DNA of 63,445 bases, counting the filler, from Folioceros fuciformis (taxonomy: Eukaryota), in assembly GCA_049999805.1 (NCBI GenBank). It is 4 parts of 4 records of this genome, joined end to end, with 100 filler letters (N's around TTAATTAATTAA, not from the genome) between each part and the next. Parts side by side here need not be neighbours in the genome. Positions count along the whole stretch, not along the records: positions 28,757 to 59,886 come from JBNGIO010005477.1; 3 more parts are not named here. One strand, written 5' to 3'. The translations under genes were made by a program, and so were the position numbers. The notes under the pieces are model-generated. The model was given only the letters and a program-made list of their open reading frames with translations. It did no database searches and was not told the DNA's origin. Position 1 is the first letter of the stretch. Each line of letters begins with the position of its first letter. Shown here piece after piece: positions 37,299 through 50,432 of this stretch.

Positions 37299-38226
37299 CT
37301 AGGTTTCCATGGGAGTGGCCTCATCCGGGCCATCCCCTTCTGCTGCTCCTTCAGGAGATACTGCTGCATCAGCTTGGTCCGCAGGCGGTGAGTCATCTGC
37401 TGGGGCATCTTCAACCACCACATCCTTCGTCTCTTCCAAACTGTCAATGTAGGTCTGCAGCACCTTAGGATCCATAAGGTTGAAATTTTCGCCTATTCCA
37501 ACGACAGCAATCCCACAATTCTGGCTGGTCAGTTCATCCTCTTGCAACGACTCTTTCACAGCGAAGAGGGCGTGCCGGATCAACTCATCCCGAGAGCATT
37601 CAGCAAAGGTCTCGAATTTCCTCTCCAGGTAGGTCTTGGCAGCCTGCGACCTTGACCCAATAGCGAACGCGATGTACTCGAAGTAATTTCCGGATGGGCA
37701 GTTTTGATACAAATGAGGCCCGGTCTCATCCACACCCGCCACTAACAGCCCCACACCGAACGGACGCTTCCAAGACCGCTGAGTGCACACCTGCAGAGCG
37801 AGGAAGCTACGACTTTCGCATAACAAGCTCACATTATAACCAATGCTTCACAAACCTAAACCACATTCCACGCACCTGAGCTTTGTCCGCAACTTGGACA
37901 ACCAGCCTCCCGACAGGAAGGGGGGACTCGTACACAAAATTGTGGTTAATGCATTCCGATCGCATGTACCTCGAAAGCACTCTGCCGTCCGCCGTGAGTC
38001 CTGCCATCGCAATTCCTAAGTGGTTGTCGATCTTGAACATCTTCCTCTGGTGGGAAGACAGCTCTGACGATGCTTTGTTCACAGTAGCCAGCACCACGTA
38101 CTCCTTGTTGCGCAGCCCTATGGCCGCACTGCCCTGCTTTACGGCTTCCATTGCATACTCCACTTGATGCAACCTCCCGGCCGGACTCCATGTTGTGATG
38201 TCCGTGTCGTACTGATTCCGAAACAT
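37299..38226 (-). CDS. PAF1: 20S proteasome subunit alpha type-1/alpha-6; 2 coding exons
   Basis: [32 protein letters not shown]...[24 protein letters not shown]...PMET*. Confidence 0.97.
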
Positions 38227-38391
38227 GGTGATCTGCTCCTCCTTGCTGTTCAGATGCTACAGGTGTAAGCAAACACGAACCCCGGAGCTCAAGGGTTTGC
38301 CAGACTGCTTGGGGAAGAAGCCCCTCCAACAAACCTATTTTTCACCTCCACTTTTAGTAGCTCGCAAGACTTTCTTCACACGGCTGGGGTT

Positions 38392-38399
38392 TAGGGTTT
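38392..38399 (-). promoter_or_regulatory. Telo-box (AAACCCTA) upstream of PAF1
   Basis: TAGGGTTT on the + strand in the PAF1/WD40 divergent intergenic region; the motif is short and could be chance. Confidence 0.45.
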
Positions 38400-39019
38400 A
38401 GAAACAGCAGCCGTTCACATATGTACTCCATAATCGCGATGCCCGATGATTTACATGCCAACCGGGCCAGTTGGATCTTCACGTCTCTGAGCGTCCTCTA
38501 AGGTGATGGATACGGCGGGTGGCTCCTCTGATGCTGAGCTCGCAGAAAGGGTCTGAGACGCGGCCTTGTTGATTCCGGGTGAGTAGGCTGGGCATCTTTC
38601 TGTACCGATCGTGTTAGCTCACAAAGATTTCGCTTTGCAGATACATAGGTTGGAGGTCGCATGCATCGAGCTGAGGGAGCTACCTGCTGGTCGGGTAATG
38701 GACGTGCTTTGCAGTCGCCTTGCTGCTGGCTGTATGTTTGAAATCCGTATGCTCGGGCGCCTGATACTTGTTACATCAGGCGGCGTACCAAAAGCGTGGC
38801 GCTATCTTCTTCCGTGCCGACCCCAAAGTAGTTCTTGTATCGGAACACAGTAAGCAGCGTCTTTTTTTTTTGAGGCCTTCCTTATTACGTTAATATGTGG
38901 TTGGTGTTACATCCTGGTGTCGTTTTAATGGTAGATGAACTGGCGAAAGCAAAGGCCTGCGTGAGGAAAACCTAGGTTGGGTACCGGATTGTGTTTGGGG
39001 TTTGAGTAGTCCAGACACC

Positions 39020-40480
39020 ATGAAGTTGGTGGCTGGTTCGTACGAGCGGTTCCTCTGGGGATGGCAGGTGAAAGAGAAGCCACCATGTTTAGATTGCGTT
39101 TTTTCATATCCAGCCCACTTAGGGCCCATCAGGTGCATCGCAGGATGTGGCTCGGTTGTTGCCACTGGAGGGGCGGATGACACTATCAGGGTTTTTGATA
39201 TCAACGCCATGAGTGATAAAGGGTCTCTTATCAAACATGCGGGTGCAATCACTTGCCTTGCTTTCTATGGAACTGCCACTGTGGGACCTAGCTCTGTGAT
39301 CCACCCGACACATCTGTTGAGCGGTTCTGAAGACGGAACGATATGCATCTGGGACACTGATGCCTGGATTCATCTGAAGACTCTGAAAGGGGGAAAGAAA
39401 ACTACGATCAACGACCTCACTATTCATCCCTCTGGGCGAGTGGCTTTTTCGGTTGACAGGGACTCGCACCTTAGGATGTGGAATCTCATGAAGGGGAGGT
39501 GTAGCTTTTCCGCAAAGTTGCCCTCAGAGGCCTCACTCATCCAGATTGCTCCTCAGGAGGGGGACTTCTATGCCCTGGCCCGAGAGTCTGTCGTGGACAT
39601 CTACAATTCTGAGGATGGGCGTGCTACCCAATCGCTGCAACATGAGAAACGTGTTCTCTGTATGGCTATGCACCAGGTTGGGGCCGTTCGTCATGAGTAA
39701 TAATCCTGCTCTTTAGTATCTTTTGTGGCGTTGTGTAACTGATAGTAACCTAACCACCACTTAAGTTCCGTGTGGTTTTTGAGGATTCCTTGCTTTGATT
39801 GGTGACTGCTAACGAGTGTTGCCACTACTGAATCATTCACGCAGAAGAGCTTCGTGGTGACAGCTGGTGAGGGTGCTACGGTTCAAGCATGGGACCTCCG
39901 CACAGGCAAAGTTGCGTGTGCTATTGCCAAGGCTCACACAAACAGGATAAAGGGGGTTTGTCTGCTGGGAAGGAATCGAGATTCCGCATCAGATGAACTT
40001 CCCGAGCAGATCGCTTCTGCCTCCTCAGATGGTCTAGTTCGGGTGTGGGACGTAAGAGCTGCTGACAAATCAACTGCACTGATGGAAAGTGCCACGAAGT
40101 CCCGGCTGACATCTCTCATCAGCTGTGGAACCCTGCGAAGTAAGATCCTCCTGAAAGTCTTGGATAGCAAGTAGGTCGTCCTGTATCCTGGGTGGGTGTC
40201 GTCATTGATTCTTATACATTCCCTCGCAGAGAACGTCCGTGCAGAAATTGGGAAGTATGTCGCAGATAGCGCTGGAGCGGCTCCTTTCCAGGAACTTGTG
40301 GCTTCAAAAGCACCAACCCAACAAAAGAAAGCTATTCAGGTGGTGAAGGAGGACAGCACTACGCCTGAGAAAACGAAGAGCGAGAAAGCGAAAAAGGCAG
40401 GGAAGCGCAAGCCGAAAGCAGTTGTCCACATAAGTTCAAGCAAGGAGAAGAGTCGGGCGAAGCGTGTCCGGAAGGGATAA
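39020..40480 (+). CDS. PAK1IP1/MAK11-like WD40 ribosome-biogenesis protein; 3 exons
   Basis: MKLVAGSYERFLWG, ATGGADDTI, LLSGSEDG, HPSGRVA, WNLMKGR, AHTNRIKG and a Lys-rich tail. Confidence 0.9.
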
Positions 40481-42997
40481 GACGTGACGTGCCAGATGTT
40501 TGTGTCTTTGAGAATGTTGTGCATCATCCACAATCCGCCCCGATTGTCTGGCCAGCGTGAGCTCTGGCGAACACATGCCCTTGCCTTGAGGACCCACATC
40601 TGTGCGGGGTGGGAGCCAGCCTAGTCCGGTCTGTGGCTGCAACACTGAGGCCACCGGCTCTATAGCGCAACAAGTGCTCTATAGCGCAAAAAGAGCCGGA
40701 GAAGCATGAACACAAGATTGGGAGAAAGCGCAGTGACTGACAGGCGGGCTGTAGACACGCGGGATGTCGAGGACCAAGGGGCTGGGATATGCAGCACCAA
40801 GTTCTACATTTCTTGTCAGCGCAAGTGGGAACACAGGTCAGGCATGCAGGGCGGCGGGTAGGCAGGCATGCTGGAACGTGGCACTCCCCGAAGAGAGCCA
40901 AGCCGTAGACTTTTTAACTTGGTTTTTGACAGCCACCTTTGGTGCTCCAGTGGCAAGTAGGCAATTATGCTTCATTTTGAATTTTTGATGCAGCATGTCC
41001 AAGACTGTTGCATTGGCTCTGGTGGATTGTCCTGGCTCCGTCAGAGTTCGGGATATGCATGTGTGAAACGGTGATGGTGGCCTGCCTGCCTCTGCCTCCC
41101 TCCCTCCCATTCGCTGCAGCTGGAAGTGGGAAAGTGAGGACCAGTCGGGGAGCCAGCATGACCCGTACCGGAGGCCAGTCCAACTGCAATTTGTGCCCTC
41201 CTAGACACAGCATTCAGGGGAGCGTACAGTACGAACTGGGAATAGAATGGAATTCTAAAGTATCCGATCCAGGGCGCGCTGTACTGGAGTACTGCCTCTG
41301 CGTCTCCCATCGCCCTGTGTCTCTCTCGCATTCATGTACATTTCCCCTTGAACTAAGCGATCCTTGATTTGCTGCCCGGACTTGCCGGCCGTAAGATTCT
41401 AGAGCGTCGCGAACGCGAATAGCATGGCCAGGAGGAAATTCAAGCATAATTCTGTGCCGGGCCGTTAACCGATTCCGATTCTATAACTGATCATACATCC
41501 TCCCGAGTCGCCAAGACGGCCTGACCCGGCCAGCCCACGCGCCAACTGCGTGCCGATTTCTGACTTCATCAGCGGCTGGCATCATGATTTCACGTCCACC
41601 TCCACAGCCCAACCCAACCCGCGTGTGCTCCCTGCTGCGGCCATTCCATGTGACGGCCGCAGGGCGACCAGGTGCAGCTCCCCGGCCCATCCGGACCTGC
41701 GACAGTCCTCTCCCCCGAGCCTCTGCGCCCGGTGGGTCATGCACCTGGCCCTCTTCCCGCCCAGGTTCCTTTCCGCCCTTTCCCCACCAGCCGCAACAGT
41801 TTCCGTTGCGTTATGACGCGGCCGTTGGCCGTGCGCGGCTCCAGTGCGTGTCCCGACTCCCCACACTTCTTGCTAAACAACGGCACGGCACCCGTCCGGA
41901 CTCCGTAACACCTCCCGGCCGTGGCACGACGTTACAGATTCTTTTCTTTTCTTGATTCCGCAATTTATTATGCACAGCATTCGTGTAAGACTTTGTGTCT
42001 TATGCACGCTGGAAGGAATTGCCCCTGAAAAGGCGCACTACGCAGGGTACCCAGGTCATGCAAACAATAAACAGGATGCAATTCATCTTCACATCATTTG
42101 TATTCTTTCCTCTTGTTCTCCGATTTAGAGCCCGACAACCAGTCATTCAAATCGGGCATGATTTCCGTGTCTTGTCTCTTCAAGAACCGTCGAAAGGCAT
42201 GCTGTTTGTAAGCTTTCCCTTCCTTGAAATTATCGCGAAACCCTGACGCCCGGGTCTCTTTAGTCACACTTCAGTGACGAGCTTATGAGTCAGTAGTAGC
42301 ATGCAGCTTGGCTTGGCTTGGAGGAGGCAATACTACGAGTTTGCTTCAAGATAGCACAAGGATGGAGTGGAATTGAATGGAATGGAATGGAAACAACACC
42401 TTGCTTGCATTCATTTTGTTTTGCTTCATCCTCTTTGGAGAGATTGAAGCAATGTAGTGATGTGATCTCTGAGGGATTTGATTTGATCAAATTCATGATT
42501 CAATACTACGACATGGTTTGGTCACTAAATTGGCATAGAATCCTAGACAAGGTAGAGGTGTAGTGCGTACCAAACATCAGGGTGACCTGTAATGTTGCGG
42601 TACATGGAGAAGAGCGTCAATCCCACAGCCAGGCCTGTGGCAGCAAACAATGGATAAACCTACAAGCAAAGCAAAGCCACAGCACAAAATTCCACGCCCG
42701 CCCTAATAAATTCCTTGATTTCTTTCCGATGAAAGAATCTTTTATTGCAGAATCTGAGAATGCCCACGCTGCATTATTGGACATGCGTGTACATATATTC
42801 TCAAGTATCAATCACTCACTTCAGGTATAATCCAAGTGAATCCTTTCCTGCCGGGAGACATTGTTGCAGATTTTGTGAATATACGTGTGCAATAATAACG
42901 ACGGAAATGACGAATTCGATAGCCCGGCGAGTCGGGGACGTTTCACATGCCACGGGACCCGGAAATGTTAGTTTCTAAATTTGAACAAGAAGCGCAC

Positions 42998-43040
42998 TCC
43001 AGTCCAGTCCAGTCCAGTCCAGTCCAGTCCAGTCCAGTCC
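42998..43040. repeat. (CCAGT)n microsatellite
   Basis: About 8 pentamer copies. Confidence 0.9.
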
Positions 43041-44604
43041 TGCACTGGTTGGATGAACCGATTCACCACAACCCGTGCACGTCTTTTAGCACACCACGAG
43101 TTAGGGTTTACCGCAAACCAGGACAGTGCGGCTCGGATCCGAGCCACCTGGTCTGGGTGATTGTGGAGCCATGTTCCCACGCATGTATGTATGTGTTACA
43201 TACTAACGATACGAGCTCGTCACATGGAGCGCATGTCTCTCGCCTTGCCGTGCAGTGCCGTCCCGTCCTGTGGATCGGCAGGGGCGGGGATCGGTGAGGG
43301 CAAGTCCGCCGTCCGTCCGTCCTTGATGAGGCGGGCGGAAGACCAGTCTCGCCAACCCAGCTTGACGGATGTCGGTGTGGCAGCTGCAGGGCACCCGGCT
43401 TCGAGAATTGCTGGTCGTAAGCAGGAAAGCTGGAGAAGGTGATTGGACTAGGGGAGGTCCAATAGGCGAGCCTGGACGCACGCACCCGCCCTGCTCCCCA
43501 ATCGGGCTGTGCCTTCGTACACTGGAACACTAGTTTGCGAGAGGTAGTCACCGACGCCAGTGCGTGATCGATGACGTGGGGGACGAGAGGAGGCGGGGGT
43601 GGGGCAAGGGAATCGGCACAGCAGCCCATGGCGACGGACGCAAAACGCGATAAACGAGCGACCCAAGCACAGGAGCAGAATGTTACAAGCGGACCACATG
43701 CATAGTTCGTCAATGGGGCCGGCCTCTCTTTGTCAATCTCCATCTCGCTCGACCTCTGGCTCTGGCTCTTGTTCTTGTTCTCCCGATCCCGCCTGCTTTG
43801 GCATGCAGCTTTGCTTGGAGCAGGTGGGTCGCGCCGGGACCGACACACAACCGACCGTGCCTCGGCCTCTGCCCGTGCCCTCCACAATCGGCCGACCCAG
43901 GCTGGGCCCAAAGAGGGGCCAGGTGCAGAGCACCGGCTTCGCTCTTTATGCATCTCTCTCTTGCCCGCGCTGTCCGGGCACACGTTTCGCAACGAACTCG
44001 GCTGTCCCCGCCCCGGGACAGCAGTACCTGACTTAACCGCAACGTTGCGAACGACGCGGCGGGGTGCGTCCAAGCCACACGTGAATGTGAATGGCGGCCA
44101 GAAGCGTGCGATTCTGGGCGATCGCGAAAGAAGCGCGTCGTCCCGGCCGGAACGGATCGCTTGGAGCCCCCCGATCGATATTTGTGTCCGAGCGCAGCGG
44201 CGGTCCCGAGCCTGCGGACCCGGGCCGACGACGGGCCGGCCCGGACCAGGTGCATGGAACACAGTGTTGGCGAAGGAGCGTGGAAACTGGTCGGCTCCGG
44301 TAACCGAATCGGGAGGCCTGGTACCGGGCCGCGGATGGGTTGGTGGCAGGACGAAGTGGGGAATACAAAATGCAATATATGTGCCGCACGATGATGGTGG
44401 GCGACAGACCATGGATATATATGAGGGGAGGAGAGGCGAGGAGGCGGAATGAGACGAGACCGGGCTGGACGAGAGGCCAGCAAAGGACTTTTAAGACAAA
44501 GGCACAGGCAAAGGCAGAGCGAAGGCGAGGCCACTCGAGGTGAGAGTGCAGGGCGGGGGGAGGGGGATTTGGGCCCACGGGATCGGGCCGCCACACTGGC
44601 TTTC

Positions 44605-44666
44605 CCTGTTGCTGTTGCTGTGGCTGCTGCTACTGCTACTGCTCCGGCTACTGCTACTGCTACTGC
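44605..44666. repeat. (CTG/CTA) trinucleotide-rich tract
   Basis: Read directly. Confidence 0.8.
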
Positions 44667-45676
44667 GCCTTGGGCTGCTTTGCGGGCTGCAGGCCATTGC
44701 GACCTCCTCCTCCATCTCCGATTGTTGCCAGGGCACTGATTTAGGACCGGGCTCGGTCGTCAGCTCCGTGTCTCCGGCCTCGGTTTTTCTCCTTCCTCGT
44801 CCCAAGAGCAAGAAGAAGTGAAGGGCAGACCCGGCGGGCGGGCCCCCACATCTCTCCTGCTCCTCCCACCTGCTGCACCATCACCTAGTGTTGTGTATCG
44901 CTGCACCCTCGGGCTGGCCGCTCCATCTTCCAAAGTCTCGTGCTCTGTCGTCTCTCTGTCCTAACCCGGGCCTGCCTGCCTGCCTGCCTGCCCTCCCTCA
45001 CTCCCCATTCTCTCCCCACCTCCTCCTCTCCGGCTCGTTCAAATCTTGGCCCCTGCTCCCCACTTCCCACATCATCCCATCTTGCGCTCCTCTCCTCTCC
45101 TCTGCCTGCCTCCTGCGCCTTCTGCTCTCGGCCTCTCTTCTCTGCTCTGCCCCGCCGCTGCGCTACGCTGCTCTGCCCGGCTGCCCTCCAGGATTGCTGT
45201 CCTTGTGGGCATCAGGCGTCGCTGAGGCCCGGATCCTGCTCCACGCCCAGTGCCTGCCTGCCTTCTCGCCGGCGACCCTCCACTGCTTCGGTGATATCAT
45301 ATCTCCGGGTCCAGCTACTGGTGAGTCTGAGCTCTACCCGCTGCGCATCCAAGCCTGCGCTCGCCAGGCCCAATTTTGGCATGCGGGCCGTGAGCTGCTC
45401 CCTTCGTGCCCGCTTGCACTGCATGGGNNNNNNNNNNNNNNNNNNNNNNNNNNNNNNNNNNNNNNNNNNNNNNNNNNNNNNNNNNNNNNNNNNNNNNNNN
45501 NNNNNNNNNNNNNNNNNNNNNNNNNNNCCCGGGATAATGGATTGGGTGGAATGCCAAATTTTGTGGACGGGGAATGAAACTTGCTTCAAGCATACCGCCT
45601 CGTTGCGCACTCCTTGTGCCAGGCGCTGGCCGTAATTTGGCCCGCCCTCGTGGATGGATGCAGGGAATCCGCAAAC

Positions 45677-47227
45677 ATGGTGCTGTGGGTTTTCGGGTAC
45701 GGGTCGCTGGTGTGGAGAGCAGGCTTCACCTATGATGAGCGTGTTGTGGGCTACATCAAGGGCTACAGACGAGTTTTCTACCAAGGCATGCGTTGCCTTG
45801 GGGTGCTGCCTAATGTGCTTTTCTCTGCCTCTGCTTATGTCTTGTGGCTCAATTCCTTGTGTTTTCTGTCGGGATGTCAGGCAGCACGGACCATAGGGGT
45901 ACTCCCGAGAATCCCGGGAGAACGGTCACTTTGGAGCCGGAAGAGGGTTCTATTTGCGTGAGTATTTCCCAAGCTCTAGATCTGAAAGGGTCGTGGGTGG
46001 GATTTCTTTTAGCCGTTCCTGCCATGCATGAGCTACTGGAGTGGTAGCTGGTTGTTTCGCCCTCCTGTACTCTTGCTTGCCCGGAAGCCAAAGACTGGAC
46101 GAGGGCTTCACTTCTAGCCAGGGTCGTTTGTCGTTGCCTGTTGAACCATGCAAAGGTCCCCTTTTCAGGGAATGGAGTTGTCTGGGGTGAAGGTTGCTGG
46201 GGCATATTCTGCTTCCAGTTGTTGGGTGACATTGTGTGTCTCTTGTTGGGAAGACGAGGTTAGCTCACTATGTTTTCGTTCCTGGACGTGGCAGTGGGGG
46301 GCTGCGTACAAGGTTTCTGGCCACGATGCGGAACAGCTAACGCTCTCGGTGAGCTTCAAGCTCGGATGATCCATGGCATTTGTACAAGACTTCCGATTGT
46401 AATCACTTACTAGTATAAGTTTCGTCCTTGGCTGATTGTGGGCGTATTCCTGCTCTGTTGTGCAGTATTTGAATGTGAGGGAGAGGGACTACGATGTGAA
46501 GAAGTACATTGATTTCTTCACTGTAAGTGCTGTACACAACCACCTCATTGCACGAGTTCCATGCATGCACTGCACATTTTCGTATCTGCAATGATCTGTA
46601 CCTCACATGTCTCTGGCTTATCCCTCCAGACGGAGTCTGCAACAGAGCCTGCGATCACGGGTGTCCTGGTGTACATTGCGACCCCAGACGCAACAAAGAA
46701 CAGAACCTACTTGGGGCCTGCTCCTCTGGAGGACATGGCAAGGTAAGTTGAAACCATGGCTCGGATGTACTGTGAGTGAGAGCACTGCTTCCAAATCCGG
46801 ACTCTGACCCGAGGAATTCACTATGTTCAGCCAAATTGCCAAAGCGTCCGGTCCATCTGGACCTAACTACGAGTATCTTTTCCGTCTGGAGGAGGCACTT
46901 CTTGAAATTGGTAAGACCTTGCACATTCCCTCTGCCTATCTCATTTGGATGAGCTGCACTGAATTGCTTTCCAGGAGCTCTGCTGCATTGTATTTCCAAG
47001 AGGAGGATGACCGGATCTGAAAACTCTCGTGCACAGGTTACTGCGATAAAGAGATCGTCGAACTCTCTAATGAAGTAAGGAAGCTGATGGGCGGCTATAA
47101 CAGCTTGAGTTTCAAGCTGGGTGGCGGATATTCTAATGGAAGTACGTTCAAGACAACCATCAAGAACGACATCCTCAAGAATGGCTTCACCAGAAATGGT
47201 CTCCTGAAGAACGGTGTGAAGTCTTAA
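45677..47227 (+). CDS. GGCT2: Gamma-glutamylcyclotransferase (ChaC-like, GGCT2 family)
   Basis: [53 protein letters not shown] and [19 protein letters not shown]; stop 47225-47227. Confidence 0.95.
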
Positions 47228-47965
47228 CGACACACATCGGCAATTGGTCTCCTTTTTCGTAGTCTTAACAGTATCAGGCTTCGCAGCCAAGGGACTTGAC
47301 TTATGACTCCCAGGTTTGCAAGAATTGACACAGTTTTGTTAGGCCATTGTATTGAAGTGGTCGAACTGACCGCCGATTGGGTACACAGGTAGCTAGTCGC
47401 CTGACATTTTGTAGCGCATGTTCTTGTATTCTAGATTATTTCATTCCTTACGACCTGCCGTAGAGGTTGCATCTAGTATATGGTGCTGCTGTTTGTAGCT
47501 TAACTGTTTATACAAAGCGTTTGTCACTTACGTACAGTGGTACAATGGAATGGTACAACGTTATGATACGAGTGTCGGCACTAGTTGTGAGACTGCTTGC
47601 TGCTTGCACACGTTGAGGATTGCGCCTGGTTTCACTCGATTGCACAAAATCTTGTGTGCTTGTCTGCTGGGTCCGACTGTAAAATTTCAGGTGCTTGTGC
47701 TAACTTAAGCTCCAGGAGGATATATCCTACAACGCGTCAATGTCCATCTTTAGGTGATCCGAAAGGACAGTGCCCTGTACAGCAAGAACGTGCTGAGTAC
47801 ATGTTTTGTTGCCACGGTCACCCAGAATCTCAGCTCGAATGGTGGTCACAGAGGGGAACGGTTTTACAGTTGAACATGTGCCACCTGTCCTCATGCTAGC
47901 TAGCTAGACCTAGCCACAAAAAGATAAACGGTTTTGACATTGTCCACAGTACTGTATCATTCTCT

Positions 47966-50209
47966 TCATACGCCAGTGGAAAGTACTACGCCAGCCATCG
48001 TGTCAAGATCATGAGGGAAAAAGACCCTGCGCAAGGGAGGAGGTGCTGTTTAGTCAGGACAACCGCATCCTCTAGCGCGCACTCTACGTGCACCGCAACA
48101 GACTGAATATGGAGTCTCACAGTGAGGAGTCTCTAGCAGCCCAAGTGCGATCATACCTGCAGGTGTTTTCGTACAAAGACCTGGCAAAGCTCCCAACGTC
48201 AGCAACTTTCCTGTAACCAGCTACAACCTCAAATACTTGCCTGCACAGTGCGGAGGACGATTTGACAACCATTAGTGGACGAACCGAACCTCACCAGGAG
48301 CCGCAGCTACTGCCATGCAGGTAGACGTCACCTGACTTGGCAAGGTTCATTCCGACTTTTGACTAGACACTGAGGGTCATGCTTCTCTTTCTTCTTGGAG
48401 GGCCAAGTGGTTGAAATATGACTGAAGCCTGCATGGGTCGGCTTGATCTCACAATATGGAGCATCGGTCTCAAGCATCATTCGGTCTACAGGGATACCGG
48501 ACATGACCTCAAGATTATCCAGAGTCTTCATTGAGCATCCGTTAATACCTGTAGCAGCAAACAAAAAGTCACATATCTCTGACCACATTCAAAACTCCTC
48601 TGCAAGCATATTTTATTTGATTCTCACCAATGTACAGATTGTCAAACTCTAAAATCTTATCTCTTTCTTCAGCACTTCCAGTAAATGAGTGGACAACCCC
48701 ACCCCGAAATCTGAACAATATGACAGATGGACGAGTCCTCAAAACTCATGCAAATTTCTCAAAACTCATGCAAAATCCTTCGTCCACCCCTCGAGCACCA
48801 TCCACGTTTTGCAGAACATTGAGCTGATTCACCAGTAACTCTGTGGAGCCTGAGCGAAACCCACCTGAGCTTGTTGCGCTTCAAGATATCGAGAAAATCA
48901 CCCCCTGCAGCACGCATGTGCAGAAACATTGGCAGGTTCGTGCATTCAGCTAGATAGAACTGTTGCTCAAAGTACCTGCAAAATCGTTCACAATCTGAGC
49001 AACCGCCTTGTAACATCTCCAACTTCCGCTGTGTGAGACTACCAACCGAAACGCAATGGCTAGCTTGGGAAACGGCACACTGAGGCCAAGCTTCACAGAC
49101 CGGGAACCGAAATCTTACTTGCGTTGTGTCTCTGCAGGACAAAATTGTAGCCGGTCATAATCCAAGCCGCATTCACCAATGGCAACGACCTGCACAACAA
49201 ATATACACCTCAAATATGCCTAATCCTCAGTAGCCCACACTCTAGAGTGCTACATTCTAGTTGAGTGAGCGTGGCCAACATGTCGTAAACCTCATCAACA
49301 GCGACCCAGCATCCTACAGAAACAACGGACAGCATACATACCTTGCCTCTGGCCGCTCCTTCCCTTGCAAGATTCAAAAGGTCTTGCAAATGTTTTTTGG
49401 GGTCCCCACTCTTTTCAAACTCCTGTGACATCCACTTGACGAATTCAAAACCTTGCCGGACACCGCAACTGCAAGGAAGCGTAGCAACAGCTAACAAAGC
49501 AGCACTACCTACAGCTCTGTCACATCAAGTACCGTGCATCTTGTTGGATGCACCCCCACAGTGCAGAAAAGCCGACCTGCAGATGCATCAGTTGCCAATG
49601 CATCAGTTTGTTGAAGCAGTAGGCAGCACTTCGAAACCGAAGCAACTGAGGCAAAGCCTCTGTTGCTTACCATCGGTATCAGCAAGCGCCAAAGCCTCTT
49701 TGGATTCCCGTAGCGAACCCCCCGTCACCTGCAGAGCCAAAGAGCTCTCAGCCTCCATTCCGGACCCATCCCAAAATCCAGCTCCTGGTGCCACACATCA
49801 GAAAATGCAAAACTCACAATGACACGATCCACGCCAGCATCCCACGCCCGCTGTAGGATAGCTCCCATGTCGGGGCGGTGCCACTGCTTCCCATGATACA
49901 CACCCTTGAACACGCCATCTACAATCCGGTGAGAAAAACAAACAATGATTCCACACGTATTCCGTCAGGACTGCACAAGACGGCTGAACGTGCCGCATTT
50001 TCCTCACAAACGCAAGTGCAGCAGTGGGACAGACTCCATACCTCCCAGATTGGCTCCTATGTCTGCAGATTTCTTAGACACACGCATACAAGGACAAGAG
50101 AGGCATTGCAACCGTGTCAGTCCAGACAGACAGAAAACAATGGTGACCAGACTGCAGGGAAGCCAGACGGCAAGCAGCGAGGCGAACCGATGAATTTCAG
50201 GCCAGCCAT
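47966..50209 (-). CDS. TatD-family DNase (TATDN1-like), multi-exon
   Basis: [75 protein letters not shown] and RNEPC. Confidence 0.93.
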
Positions 50210-50432
50210 GCTTGATCTGAACCACCTTCGTGACTCCAGCAGATGCAAAACCGAAGGCCCAGCAGGAAAAACACCACTTCCGTATCTTACTGTACCAGGA
50301 ACATTCCCAATTTCCCGGCCCTACGTAGACCACTTAAAATGGATCCCGCTTACGATCTCGGTTCAGCTGAAAACGTTCCACACGCCTGCCCTCTCCCTGG
50401 TCCTGGTGCCTTGCGCGCCGTTGCGGTGTGTC

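Noticed and set aside
43108-44821. Long overlapping ORFs of up to 434 aa on both strands
   Set aside because: GC-rich, stop-poor sequence with Arg/Pro/Ala-biased translations, no recognisable domain and mostly non-ATG starts.
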